From a virus, in IMG/VR virus record IMGVR_UViG_3300042566_000678, positions 1-64,000 of that record: a DNA stretch of 64,000 nucleotides. The stretch is one strand, 5' to 3'. Below are positions 1 through 8,212 of this stretch, in pieces. Positions within the stretch are counted from its first letter, which is position 1. The number at the start of each line of letters is the position of its first letter. A model generated the notes under the pieces. It did no database searches. It was given only the letters and a program-made list of their open reading frames with translations, and was not told where the DNA came from. The translations under genes were made by a program, and so were the position numbers.

Positions 1-185
1 TCATCTAATAATTGTTTTGCTTGGTTTTCTAAAATTACAGCCATTCCGTGCTCTTCAGTTGCACCAGTTAAGCCTTCTAATAAACCAGTTTTTTCCCACT
101 TGTTTTTCAACCCGCGAGTTTGCTCAAGCATAACCGCAGTTGGGTTTTTGCCTTCCATTAATTTGTTTAAATCAAATTGTGCCAT
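1..185 (-). CDS. major capsid protein (T4 gp23-like), 5' part; runs off the window edge
   Basis: Manual translation from ATG at 185: MAQFDLNKLMEG...KWEKTGLLEGL...MAVILENQAKQLLD. KW..LLEG...A.ILENQ is the gp23 N-terminal signature; lies directly downstream of the scaffold gene. Confidence 0.9.
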   Translation of the reverse strand, partial: MAQFDLNKLMEGKNPTAVMLEQTRGLKNKWEKTGLLEGLTGATEEHGMAVILENQAKQLLD

Positions 186-195
186 TTGTTTTTGT

Positions 196-201
196 TCCTT
201 A
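196..201 (-). promoter_or_regulatory. Shine-Dalgarno-like TAAGGA before the major capsid gene
   Basis: Sense strand reads caaaTAAGGAacaaaaacaaATG, 10-nt spacer; most other leaders here lack such a motif. Confidence 0.5.
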
Positions 202-205
202 TTTG

Positions 206-1390
206 TTATTTAATTAATCCTGCTAATTGTTTAAATCTATCAGAGTAAGCAGAATTTTCGCTGATGATTTGTTTTTTTACACCTGTACTCTTTTGTGGTT
301 TAGAAGCTCCTTCAGTAATTCTTTTTACAGATTCTACTTTCTTAACACTTCCACCCATCTTCATAGATTCGGCGATTGTTGAGTAAACCAATTTAACTTC
401 ACGAATTGTTCCAGTTCTATCGAATGAATCAATAACTTTAGATTTTTGTTCGTTAGTTAAGTTGTATCCTCTAAATAATTTGTTAGAATATAAAAGTTTA
501 GCGTTCAATAAGTTAATCTCATTGATTGTAGACTTCAAAGTTTTGATTACAGATATTGCTTGTCTCAATTCATTTTTCAATGATTTTGCTTCTGCTACTG
601 CTGCTTTCTCTTCTTCTTCTGCTGCTTCTTCGTCTTCTAATTCTTTGATGATAGATTCGATGTTTAATTCTTCTTCTTCACCTTCTTCTTCACCTTCTTC
701 CATTTCAGAAGCTTCTTCGTCTTCACCATAGCCTTCTAATTTAGCTATTTCTTTTCTTAATTCAGCGATTTTTTCTGCGTTAGGATTTTCTTCTTCTTCA
801 TCTTCTTCCGAAATTGATGAATCTGAATCATCTGCGTTCATGTAAGTATCAACATCATCTGCATCTTCTTCCATTTCATCATCTGTTCCTAATTCGTCTT
901 CTAATTCACGAATAATAGCTTCTAAATCTAAATCATCTTCAGATGGAGCTTCCATTTCTTCTTCGCCTTCTTCCATTTCCATTTCGTCTTCACCTTCACC
1001 TTCTTCCATTTCCATTTCTTCTTCCTCTTCTTCTGTGATTGATTTAGCGAAATCATAATCTTCAACCTCATCCTCTGGCTTACCAGAAGTTTTAGTTACG
1101 TCTGCTGCACCTAACTCATCTTCAGCTTCTGCTGAATCTAAAGTTGGTTGTGCACCACCCCCAATGTTAGAAGAACTTAATTCTTCTTCCATTTTGTCTT
1201 CTTCTTCTTCCTCATGCATTTCGTCATCAGCTTCCATATCTTCAGCTTCTGCACGTAATTTTTGAGAAAGAATTGACTTCAAACGAGGAGTAAATGCTTC
1301 CTCTAATTGAAGTTTTGCGTTTGCTAATGCAGTTTCTCTTACAGCTTTAGCATCAGCGATTGCTTCTTTTAACAATTTTGAACTTGCCAT
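206..1390 (-). CDS. prohead scaffold/core protein (gp22-like)
   Basis: Very acidic E/D-rich middle, coiled-coil ends, many [LI]-x-E sites; immediately upstream of the capsid gene. Confidence 0.75.
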   Translation of the reverse strand: MASSKLLKEAIADAKAVRETALANAKLQLEEAFTPRLKSILSQKLRAEAEDMEADDEMHEEEEEDKMEEELSSSNIGGGAQPTLDSAEAEDELGAADVTKTSGKPEDEVEDYDFAKSITEEEEEEMEMEEGEGEDEMEMEEGEEEMEAPSEDDLDLEAIIRELEDELGTDDEMEEDADDVDTYMNADDSDSSISEEDEEEENPNAEKIAELRKEIAKLEGYGEDEEASEMEEGEEEGEEEELNIESIIKELEDEEAAEEEEKAAVAEAKSLKNELRQAISVIKTLKSTINEINLLNAKLLYSNKLFRGYNLTNEQKSKVIDSFDRTGTIREVKLVYSTIAESMKMGGSVKKVESVKRITEGASKPQKSTGVKKQIISENSAYSDRFKQLAGLIK

Positions 1391-1558
1391 TCTTTATACT
1401 TGATTTTTTCTAAACCCATTGATTTCGGGCCTAATAGAATTGTGTTAGATTTTCGGTGAGTTTATATAAGGATAAACTATTCATCAACTAACAGGATATT
1501 AACCAAATTATATTGGTATTACATAATATACATATATACTTTTTGAAAAAAAAGTAAA

Positions 1559-1801
1559 TTATTTGTATAAACTACGAAATTTTTTTGGTATTTCTTTTAA
1601 TTTTTTACCTCTGTAAAGGTCTTTTTGCTGAACTAATTGTTTTCTTTCAGCTTTTTCCATCATTTCTCTCTTTGTAACTGATGGTTTTGTAAATTGTTGT
1701 CTATCTCTTAATTCTTTAACAACACCAATTGCATCAAACTTTTTCTTTAATTTCTTTAATGCTCCGGTTATATTACCGTCTTTTACTTCAATGTTAATCA
1801 T
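1559..1801 (-). CDS. rpsU: phage-encoded 30S ribosomal protein bS21
   Basis: I.VKDG.I..ALKKLKKKFD..GVVKELR.RQ.F.KPSV.KR matches the bS21 pattern; extended basic C-terminal tail. Confidence 0.9.
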   Translation of the reverse strand: MINIEVKDGNITGALKKLKKKFDAIGVVKELRDRQQFTKPSVTKREMMEKAERKQLVQQKDLYRGKKLKEIPKKFRSLYK

Positions 1802-1808
1802 AATAACT

Positions 1809-2171
1809 TTACTTTTGCTCTACTTTGGTGTAACGTTGATTTTTATCGTTTTGTATTCTTTTCTTTGTTGATTTTACTTTATCATATGATGGAGCACCAT
1901 TTATATATCCACCTGGTAATGATAAACCTACACCTGCTCCACCTGGAAATCCATCTTCTTTAACCATAGACTCCGAACACCCAATTGCGTTGTAGAATTT
2001 ACTATAATCAAATTTGATACCTTCATCTTTGAATTGTCTTACCATATTATCGGCAATAGATTTACGATTTTCTACATCTAATACTTGATTTAGAATATCA
2101 ATAATCCCATCTACCATTTGGTATTCGTTATTATCTAACTTTTCCTTTAATATACTTTTTAACTTTATCAT
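1809..2171 (-). CDS. putative internal head protein (MIKLKSILKE tag)
   Basis: Start moved from 2258 to ATG 2171, directly after the stop of the upstream gene; shares the N-terminal tag. Confidence 0.6.
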   Translation of the reverse strand: MIKLKSILKEKLDNNEYQMVDGIIDILNQVLDVENRKSIADNMVRQFKDEGIKFDYSKFYNAIGCSESMVKEDGFPGGAGVGLSLPGGYINGAPSYDKVKSTKKRIQNDKNQRYTKVEQK

Positions 2172-2172
2172 G

Positions 2173-2760
2173 TTATTTACAGGTTTTCCAACCACCACCT
2201 TTTGATTTGTAGTTTTTTGCTGCCCAACCATTTGCATATGCAGATGGATAAACATCAAACTTTGATTTTGCTGCGGATTTAGAAGCAGACCATTTTGCTG
2301 GGTCAGTTGGGCAATTCTTTTCTAAAAATAAATCTAACTTTTCTGCCAACTCATTTTTCTTTGTAGAAACATATATAGGAGTTTTACCTTGTCCTTTACT
2401 ATCACTACCACCTCTATCTGCTGCGTTTTGTGCTGCTCTCTTTCTACGAGTTGCAGACTCCTTTTCTTTTTTACTCATTCCAGCTGCTTTTGCCGCAGGA
2501 ACACATTTAGCATATCCACTCTTTTCACCAGATGTACCACATGGTGGGTGTTTTCCATCAACCTTTTTACCTATGTTTACCCACTTTTCTTTAAACCATT
2601 TCCGTAGGTCTTCTTTTATAGGTGTATTATCAGTACCGCATTTATGACAAGTGTATGGTTTATCACCACCTTCAGCTATATCCCACATCCAATCACAGTT
2701 ATCACAAATTACTTTGTTTCCTTCTACCTTTTCGTTTAATATATCTTTTAACTTAATCAT
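2173..2760 (-). CDS. modular putative internal head protein (Zn ribbon + DUF5872-like basic modules)
   Basis: MIKLKDILNE tag, CxxC-CxxC, then LRKWFKEKWV..PCG..KCVP and KFDVYPSAYANGW..KGGGW modules, with IKE/LAE/FLE at the junctions. Confidence 0.6.
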   Translation of the reverse strand: MIKLKDILNEKVEGNKVICDNCDWMWDIAEGGDKPYTCHKCGTDNTPIKEDLRKWFKEKWVNIGKKVDGKHPPCGTSGEKSGYAKCVPAAKAAGMSKKEKESATRRKRAAQNAADRGGSDSKGQGKTPIYVSTKKNELAEKLDLFLEKNCPTDPAKWSASKSAAKSKFDVYPSAYANGWAAKNYKSKGGGWKTCK

Positions 2761-3149
2761 TATAGTTTCTTCAATAATGTATCCATATCTATTTCAAATG
2801 AATACCCAGCACCACTATGTCTTTTATTTGCAACTACTTTTAATCCTAATTTCTTTTCTATACGAGTTTCTAATGCTGATAAAAAATCATTATCTCCCAA
2901 ACTCTTTTTAATTGTATCTACATTTGTAGAATCTTTTATTGAAGCTGGAATTAAAACAATATTGCCATCTTTTGATGATGCGTAGAACTTAACTCCGCCA
3001 GCTTTAGCAAAATCAATACTAACAGATTGTGCTTCTTCTAATACCTCTTCTTTAACTTGCGGTTTGAATGCAGTATGGTATGGGTTAGAATAAACAACTC
3101 CTTGTTCAAACTTACCATGTCCTTTCATCAAATCGGTTAGCTTTATCAT
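2760..3149 (-). CDS. putative internal head protein (MIKLTDLMK tag)
   Basis: Shared N-terminus; overlaps its neighbour by 1 nt. Confidence 0.55.
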   Translation of the reverse strand: MIKLTDLMKGHGKFEQGVVYSNPYHTAFKPQVKEEVLEEAQSVSIDFAKAGGVKFYASSKDGNIVLIPASIKDSTNVDTIKKSLGDNDFLSALETRIEKKLGLKVVANKRHSGAGYSFEIDMDTLLKKL

Positions 3150-3160
3150 ACTTTTATTAA

Positions 3161-3664
3161 TTAATTTACAGATTCTATTCCATTTTCATCACCTCTGCTA
3201 GCAGTTTTAATACCACCTTCAATTGAAGATAATTTATGTCTAACTTTCTTTGAACCTTTTACTCTCCCATATTCATCCGATGGTACTAATGTTGCGGTTG
3301 TATCATCCATTTCAACAACTTTATAGTATTTACCACCTTCAATTCCTTTTAATCCGGTAAAACCAATTCCTAAAATTACAGAACCAACATATAAATTAGT
3401 TGGATACTTAACCTCTTTTACATATCCTTTCTTAACATATGCGTGTCTTGCTTTAAGATAATCGGCTTTGTGTGCTTTTATATAAGCCAACATTTCACCT
3501 GTTGTATCAAATGATTTTTGACCTGAACCTTTTATGTTGTCCATCCAAAATGAATCTGAATCTCTATCGTATGAATAATCGCCAACTTTTTCACCATCCA
3601 AAGTTATTACACTTTTTTCTGCTTTCCAAGTTTCCTCGTTCAATAATTCTTTTAACTTTATCAT
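3161..3664 (-). CDS. putative internal head protein (MIKLKELLNEE tag)
   Basis: Shared N-terminus; internal VKE junction. Confidence 0.55.
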   Translation of the reverse strand: MIKLKELLNEETWKAEKSVITLDGEKVGDYSYDRDSDSFWMDNIKGSGQKSFDTTGEMLAYIKAHKADYLKARHAYVKKGYVKEVKYPTNLYVGSVILGIGFTGLKGIEGGKYYKVVEMDDTTATLVPSDEYGRVKGSKKVRHKLSSIEGGIKTASRGDENGIESVN

Positions 3665-4461
3665 TATCCTATATAGCAGTTTAATTCGTATCCGTTTTTC
3701 ATTCCGTATACCTGAATGTGTAATTGTTGTTTTGCTGGTTTACCACCTTTGGTAAGTTCTACCGACATCTTATTAGTTTTACCTTCGGATGGTCTTTTTG
3801 GTCCCATTCCAATTTTTCTAAATGAGTCATCATCATCTACCATATACCCTCGTTTCAAAGCGTATTCTTTTGCAGTTTGTATTGCTTCGGTATATGATTT
3901 GTGATATACTTTCAAATCATTTGCTTCGGTTACGGTTTCAACTTTTTTTTTACCAGCTCTTAAATCTGCCAAATCGTCTGAACCAATATCACCATCCTTA
4001 TCCAAATCTAATTTATGTTGATTACCAACTAATTCTTCGCTACGGATACCCAATCTTTGGTTTACTTCTTCTTCACTCAATTCACTAACACCATAGTAAC
4101 GTCCTATAATGTGTCCCATATCTTCGTATAGATTTTCCATTTGTGAATGTAATGACTTTGCCTCGTTAGCTATCTTTTCGAATTGAGATGATAGTTTGTT
4201 CAACTCATTCATATTACGTTTAACAGTCACATCATCAAAGTGATTACCGGCTTCTTTAATAGCAAACTCACTAGCTGCATCTGTGATTGCACCCAATGTT
4301 TCAGCAATTTGTGCCAAATCATTCTCATTCTTTAACTTTGGTCCAAATGAACCATAAGTAGAAATGATTTCTAAAAAGTGTCTTCTTGCTTCGTTGCTTA
4401 AAGTTTGTTTAGGTGCTTTTTTATCTTCACCTTCTCCCAATAATTTCTTTAACTTTATCAT
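3664..4461 (-). CDS. modular putative internal head protein with EF-hand-like DxDxDG motif
   Basis: Start moved to ATG 4461 (MIKLKKLLGE); contains GNQHKLDLDKDGDIGSDDL. Confidence 0.55.
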   Translation of the reverse strand: MIKLKKLLGEGEDKKAPKQTLSNEARRHFLEIISTYGSFGPKLKNENDLAQIAETLGAITDAASEFAIKEAGNHFDDVTVKRNMNELNKLSSQFEKIANEAKSLHSQMENLYEDMGHIIGRYYGVSELSEEEVNQRLGIRSEELVGNQHKLDLDKDGDIGSDDLADLRAGKKKVETVTEANDLKVYHKSYTEAIQTAKEYALKRGYMVDDDDSFRKIGMGPKRPSEGKTNKMSVELTKGGKPAKQQLHIQVYGMKNGYELNCYIG

Positions 4462-4462
4462 A

Positions 4463-4687
4463 TTATTTTGCTTCAAATTGTTCTATAAGTTTGATTGCCA
4501 TATCAATGTGCTTGATAGCTTCTTTGCTATAAGGTGCAATGTTGTGTTTGACCTCTTTTAATCTATCTAATGATTTTTCACGAGTCATAGCGTGCATTGC
4601 TGCTTCTAATAAATCTCTTCGTTCTTGCTCATTGGATTTGGCTTTAATCTTATTAGAAGCCATATATTGCGTTATATTAAATGCCAT
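4463..4687 (-). CDS. hypothetical protein (head module)
   Basis: 74-aa ORF tightly packed between neighbours. Confidence 0.6.
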   Translation of the reverse strand: MAFNITQYMASNKIKAKSNEQERRDLLEAAMHAMTREKSLDRLKEVKHNIAPYSKEAIKHIDMAIKLIEQFEAK

Positions 4688-4694
4688 ATTTTTA

Positions 4695-5279
4695 TTAGTT
4701 TAATTCTTCTATTATTTGTCTCATTAGGTCTTGTGCTTTACACCACTTACCACACTCTTCAATTTCTCTTTGTACGCTTTCATTCATAGCCGTTGGAGAC
4801 ATAAATGCACCATGTGTAGATGGGTTAGATACAAAATCCCAACCAATTAGTTCGAAATCTTCTTGTACCATTACCGTATTCTCTCTCATAGGTTTAACTG
4901 AACCCATACCTCTACTACTAATACCCAAACGAATATTGTGTTTGAATAACTCTTTTAAGATGTTACCAGACGGAGTTGAAAGAACTTCTACTGTACCACA
5001 TAAATCTTTACCATCCCACCAAATCTCTTTGATGTTGTGTGATACGTTCTTTAAGTTGATTACAGTTGATTCTGGATGGTCTAATTCACCTAATGCTCTA
5101 CGTTCTTGTATTAGGGTTTCGTATTTCTTTGCTTCCCTCTGTAATATGTTAAGAGGATAGATACGATGATTTTGGTTAGGAGCATCTGCTCTTTGCAAAA
5201 CGCCTTTAACCAAAAACTTTCCGTTTTCATCTTCTTGTATCTTACCTTCAAAAAGGTTGTGTTCTATTAATAATGCCAT
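4695..5279 (-). CDS. prohead protease (T4 gp21-like)
   Basis: NQNHRIYP, ALGELDHP, GISSRGMGS and DFVSNPS motifs. Confidence 0.95.
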   Translation of the reverse strand: MALLIEHNLFEGKIQEDENGKFLVKGVLQRADAPNQNHRIYPLNILQREAKKYETLIQERRALGELDHPESTVINLKNVSHNIKEIWWDGKDLCGTVEVLSTPSGNILKELFKHNIRLGISSRGMGSVKPMRENTVMVQEDFELIGWDFVSNPSTHGAFMSPTAMNESVQREIEECGKWCKAQDLMRQIIEELN

Positions 5280-5282
5280 ATC

Positions 5283-6167
5283 TTATGATAGTAAGTAGTA
5301 ATACTCTTTAAAATGACGAATACGGTCTGCCAATCCTATTGTACCACCATTTACTCTTTTTGTTATTTGTGTAACTACCGCATCGGAAGAACCACCATCA
5401 GCTAACTTATGTAATCCGTTTTTAGAGAAGAACCAAGCTGCCGAGAGTAAAGCGTATTTGGAGGCAACCACATCTGGGTTTGCACAAACATCTTCACCGA
5501 TGGACTTACCGAATGCGGTATAGTTTTCCTTTCCAGTTAATTGAATATACCCACGTCCTCTGAACTTATAGCCCTCACGAGTTGCTTCAGCTCCATTTCC
5601 CATACGTCCACCATATACTCTACTTGCAATCATCTCTGGCTTTCTCTCATATGCCGTTGCCATTGCTACCGTTGGAAAGTATTTCTTAAATATACCCATC
5701 AATCCTTTTGCAGAATAGTTTAGGTTTTCTTGTGTTGCCTTAAAACCACCACTCTCATGTCCACATTGTGCCAAAAAGTGTGCTAATCTTAAAGGAGTAT
5801 TTATATTGAACTTTACTGCAGTATCTGGAATCATAGCGATTACATTAGCAGGAATGTGTCCTTTTAATTTATCTAATTTTAAACCAGGATAAGATGGCGA
5901 TGATACTACTGTTGGGGCAGGTGCTGCAACAGGTGCAGGAGCTGGAGGAGGTGTAGGTGCTGCTACTGGCTTTGGAACTACGGTAATACCCATAATTTTA
6001 TTCCAAGTATTAGGTCCCACAATACCATCTGCTGCCAAACCATTTTTTGCTTGCCATGCTTTAACTGCATCTTCCGTTTTTGGTCCAAAATTACCAACTG
6101 GGTCTAAACCCAATTTAACCTGTAATTTCTTTACATCTTCGTTATTATCACCTCTCTTTAGTAACAT
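5283..6167 (-). CDS. endolysin: peptidoglycan-binding domain + Pro/Ala linker + GH19 domain
   Basis: LKRGD..VKKLQ..GNFGPKT..AVKAWQ..GLAADGIVGPNT; AHFLAQCGHESGGF, YKFRGRGYIQLTGKENY, ITKRVNGG. Start moved to ATG 6167. Confidence 0.93.
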   Translation of the reverse strand: MLLKRGDNNEDVKKLQVKLGLDPVGNFGPKTEDAVKAWQAKNGLAADGIVGPNTWNKIMGITVVPKPVAAPTPPPAPAPVAAPAPTVVSSPSYPGLKLDKLKGHIPANVIAMIPDTAVKFNINTPLRLAHFLAQCGHESGGFKATQENLNYSAKGLMGIFKKYFPTVAMATAYERKPEMIASRVYGGRMGNGAEATREGYKFRGRGYIQLTGKENYTAFGKSIGEDVCANPDVVASKYALLSAAWFFSKNGLHKLADGGSSDAVVTQITKRVNGGTIGLADRIRHFKEYYYLLS

Positions 6168-6169
6168 AA

Positions 6170-6868
6170 TTAATCTCTCTCCGTTTTTGCTTTCCAAGCT
6201 GTATCTACTTTATTAAAAAATGCTTTCTTTTCATCATCACTCATAGATGGAATAGATTTACCAGCTTTATCCATTACTTTTTGGAAAAACTTTTGGTATT
6301 CTGCTTCCTCTTGCATTACCTCTCTTACGATTGATTTTAATGCTTCTCTCTTTAATGATTTTTGTTTACCCATAGTTTGTGGTAAACCATTTGCTACATT
6401 TTCAATATTTTCTTCAACAAATCCTTTACTTTTATAATCTTTAATTCCCCTTTCCAAATCTACTTTGTTCTTAAAAATCTGTATATCATAAAAATCACTA
6501 CCATCTTTGTGTTTTTTAACACCATCGTGAGAACTGATACTATACTTTGAACTACCAATACCAGGATTTACTTTGAATACTTTCTTACCTTCGTTTACTG
6601 ATTCAAACTTAAAGTCTTGATTTTTTTGAGACTCTGCACTTACAACTGCTAATAAACCAACTTTTGATTTAGGAACTTTTAATTGAGTAATTGCTTTTTG
6701 TTTTGCATCATAAAGGTCTTTTCCATCAATATCAATTTTCTTACCCATAAAGAATGCGATGAACTTTGTTTCCTCTAATTGTTGCTCTTGAACTTTTGCA
6801 GTTCTTGAACCAATTGGTCCACCTAATGCTTGAAGAGTAACGATACCCGATTTTGATAAATGTCTCAT
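6170..6868 (-). CDS. modular putative head-associated protein
   Basis: Short modules separated by LEE/VNE/VEE/VREVMQEE. Confidence 0.5.
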   Translation of the reverse strand: MRHLSKSGIVTLQALGGPIGSRTAKVQEQQLEETKFIAFFMGKKIDIDGKDLYDAKQKAITQLKVPKSKVGLLAVVSAESQKNQDFKFESVNEGKKVFKVNPGIGSSKYSISSHDGVKKHKDGSDFYDIQIFKNKVDLERGIKDYKSKGFVEENIENVANGLPQTMGKQKSLKREALKSIVREVMQEEAEYQKFFQKVMDKAGKSIPSMSDDEKKAFFNKVDTAWKAKTERD

Positions 6869-6869
6869 A

Positions 6870-7301
6870 TTAAAAATCTATAATTGTTCTTGCTATTTTA
6901 TTTAATCTTTCTTTTATACGAAAGATACTTGTGTTTGTTCTTTTGTAGAAATCTTCGTTCTTTACTCCGTTTTCCATTTTAAGTTTGTTGTACCAACCTA
7001 AAAATCTTTCTACCTCTGCTAATTGGTTTTTGATTTCTCTAACACCTAAATTGATTTTTTGTTCTGGTGAACGAGTTTCATCTCTTTTAAGTGCTAACCA
7101 ACGATTTTCAGCTAATTCATATCCAGTTCCAGATGATTTAGCTTTACGCTCTTTATCAGCTTGTGTGTTTTTACCGAATGCAAATGGAGTTTGATACCCA
7201 TCAACTGAAGCAGTTGTAGTTTCTTCGTTAGTTGTTGTATTTCTTTCACGAAGTTTTGTACGGATAATTTCCTTTAATCTATCTCTACTAGATAATGCCA
7301 T
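6870..7301 (-). CDS. hypothetical head-module protein
   Basis: RLKEIIR..LRE N-terminus, GYQTPFAF motif, C-terminal coiled coil. Confidence 0.55.
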   Translation of the reverse strand: MALSSRDRLKEIIRTKLRERNTTTNEETTTASVDGYQTPFAFGKNTQADKERKAKSSGTGYELAENRWLALKRDETRSPEQKINLGVREIKNQLAEVERFLGWYNKLKMENGVKNEDFYKRTNTSIFRIKERLNKIARTIIDF

Positions 7302-8163
7302 TTTGAGTTCCTCTTAATACTTTCTCTAACTCATATCCCATAATAACAGATGTAATATGTGTATCTGTAATTTTAGATGCGGTTTTAATTTTGTTTAACT
7401 GATTGATTGTTTCAGCCAACTTAATTTTGGTAACTTTATCTTTTATTTCTTTACCCGTTTTAGTTAGTTCTTTAGTTAGAGCAACAACTTCGTTTGTAAT
7501 AAATGCTTTAAGATTATCCGAGTTAGTAAATGAATTGATATATTCTTTTAATATACCCTTTTGCTTATCATTTAAGGATTTGTATTTTTTATTAAAGTTC
7601 TCCACCAACATTTTGTATGTTAGTAAACGGATTTCTTTATCTTCTTTTTTAAGAGCTTCGTTGATTTTATCTATCGCTTTTGCGTTTGCAACTGGTTTAG
7701 ATGTAAGATGTTCTACGATTGCAAATTTAGTATTTACAAAATCTTTCGGGTCATAAGAACTTTCAGTATTCAAATTAAATTCAAATATCTTATATACCGA
7801 AGCAAGAACTTTATAGTTTGGAATTTGTGATTTTAAAAAATCATCTATTTGATAATTTTCTTTTATTTCTTTGATAAGATTATACTTTTCTTTAAGTATT
7901 TTTTTCTCATCTAATTTTTTGCGATTATCAATTACCGCATCAATAAATCTTTCAGCACGATTTTCATTATTATATTTTTCATTTACAATGAATTGATATA
8001 ATTTTAATTCGTTTGCTAATTCCGTTTTAGAGTTGAAATACTTCTTTAACAACCCTTCTGCAATACTTTTGCGATTGGAAAGGATGTCAGAGGTTACTTG
8101 ACGAACCAATAGTTCGAAAAGAAAGCCCGTATTTCTAAACTTTGAGTGTTTTATCTGTTTCAT
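7288..8163 (-). CDS. hypothetical helical protein next to portal
   Basis: 291-aa ORF starting KHSKFRNTGFLFELL, preceded by the late-promoter-like motif. Confidence 0.6.
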   Translation of the reverse strand: MKQIKHSKFRNTGFLFELLVRQVTSDILSNRKSIAEGLLKKYFNSKTELANELKLYQFIVNEKYNNENRAERFIDAVIDNRKKLDEKKILKEKYNLIKEIKENYQIDDFLKSQIPNYKVLASVYKIFEFNLNTESSYDPKDFVNTKFAIVEHLTSKPVANAKAIDKINEALKKEDKEIRLLTYKMLVENFNKKYKSLNDKQKGILKEYINSFTNSDNLKAFITNEVVALTKELTKTGKEIKDKVTKIKLAETINQLNKIKTASKITDTHITSVIMGYELEKVLRGTQNGII

Positions 8164-8181
8164 TTATTCTTTATTCCAAAT

Positions 8182-8189
8182 ATAAATAT
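8182..8189 (-). promoter_or_regulatory. putative late promoter ATATTTAT (representative copy)
   Basis: Same 8-mer 5-30 nt upstream of starts at 10637, 13574, 17621, 20837, 25786, 27057, 29021, 40627, 43825, 50818, 52825 and 54693, and inverted at 55011. Confidence 0.7.
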
Positions 8190-8212
8190 ATAATATCTAT
8201 TTAATAATAATT

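Noticed and set aside
600-1250. TCT/TTC-rich simple repeats
   Set aside because: Explained by the poly-Glu/Asp coding of the scaffold protein.
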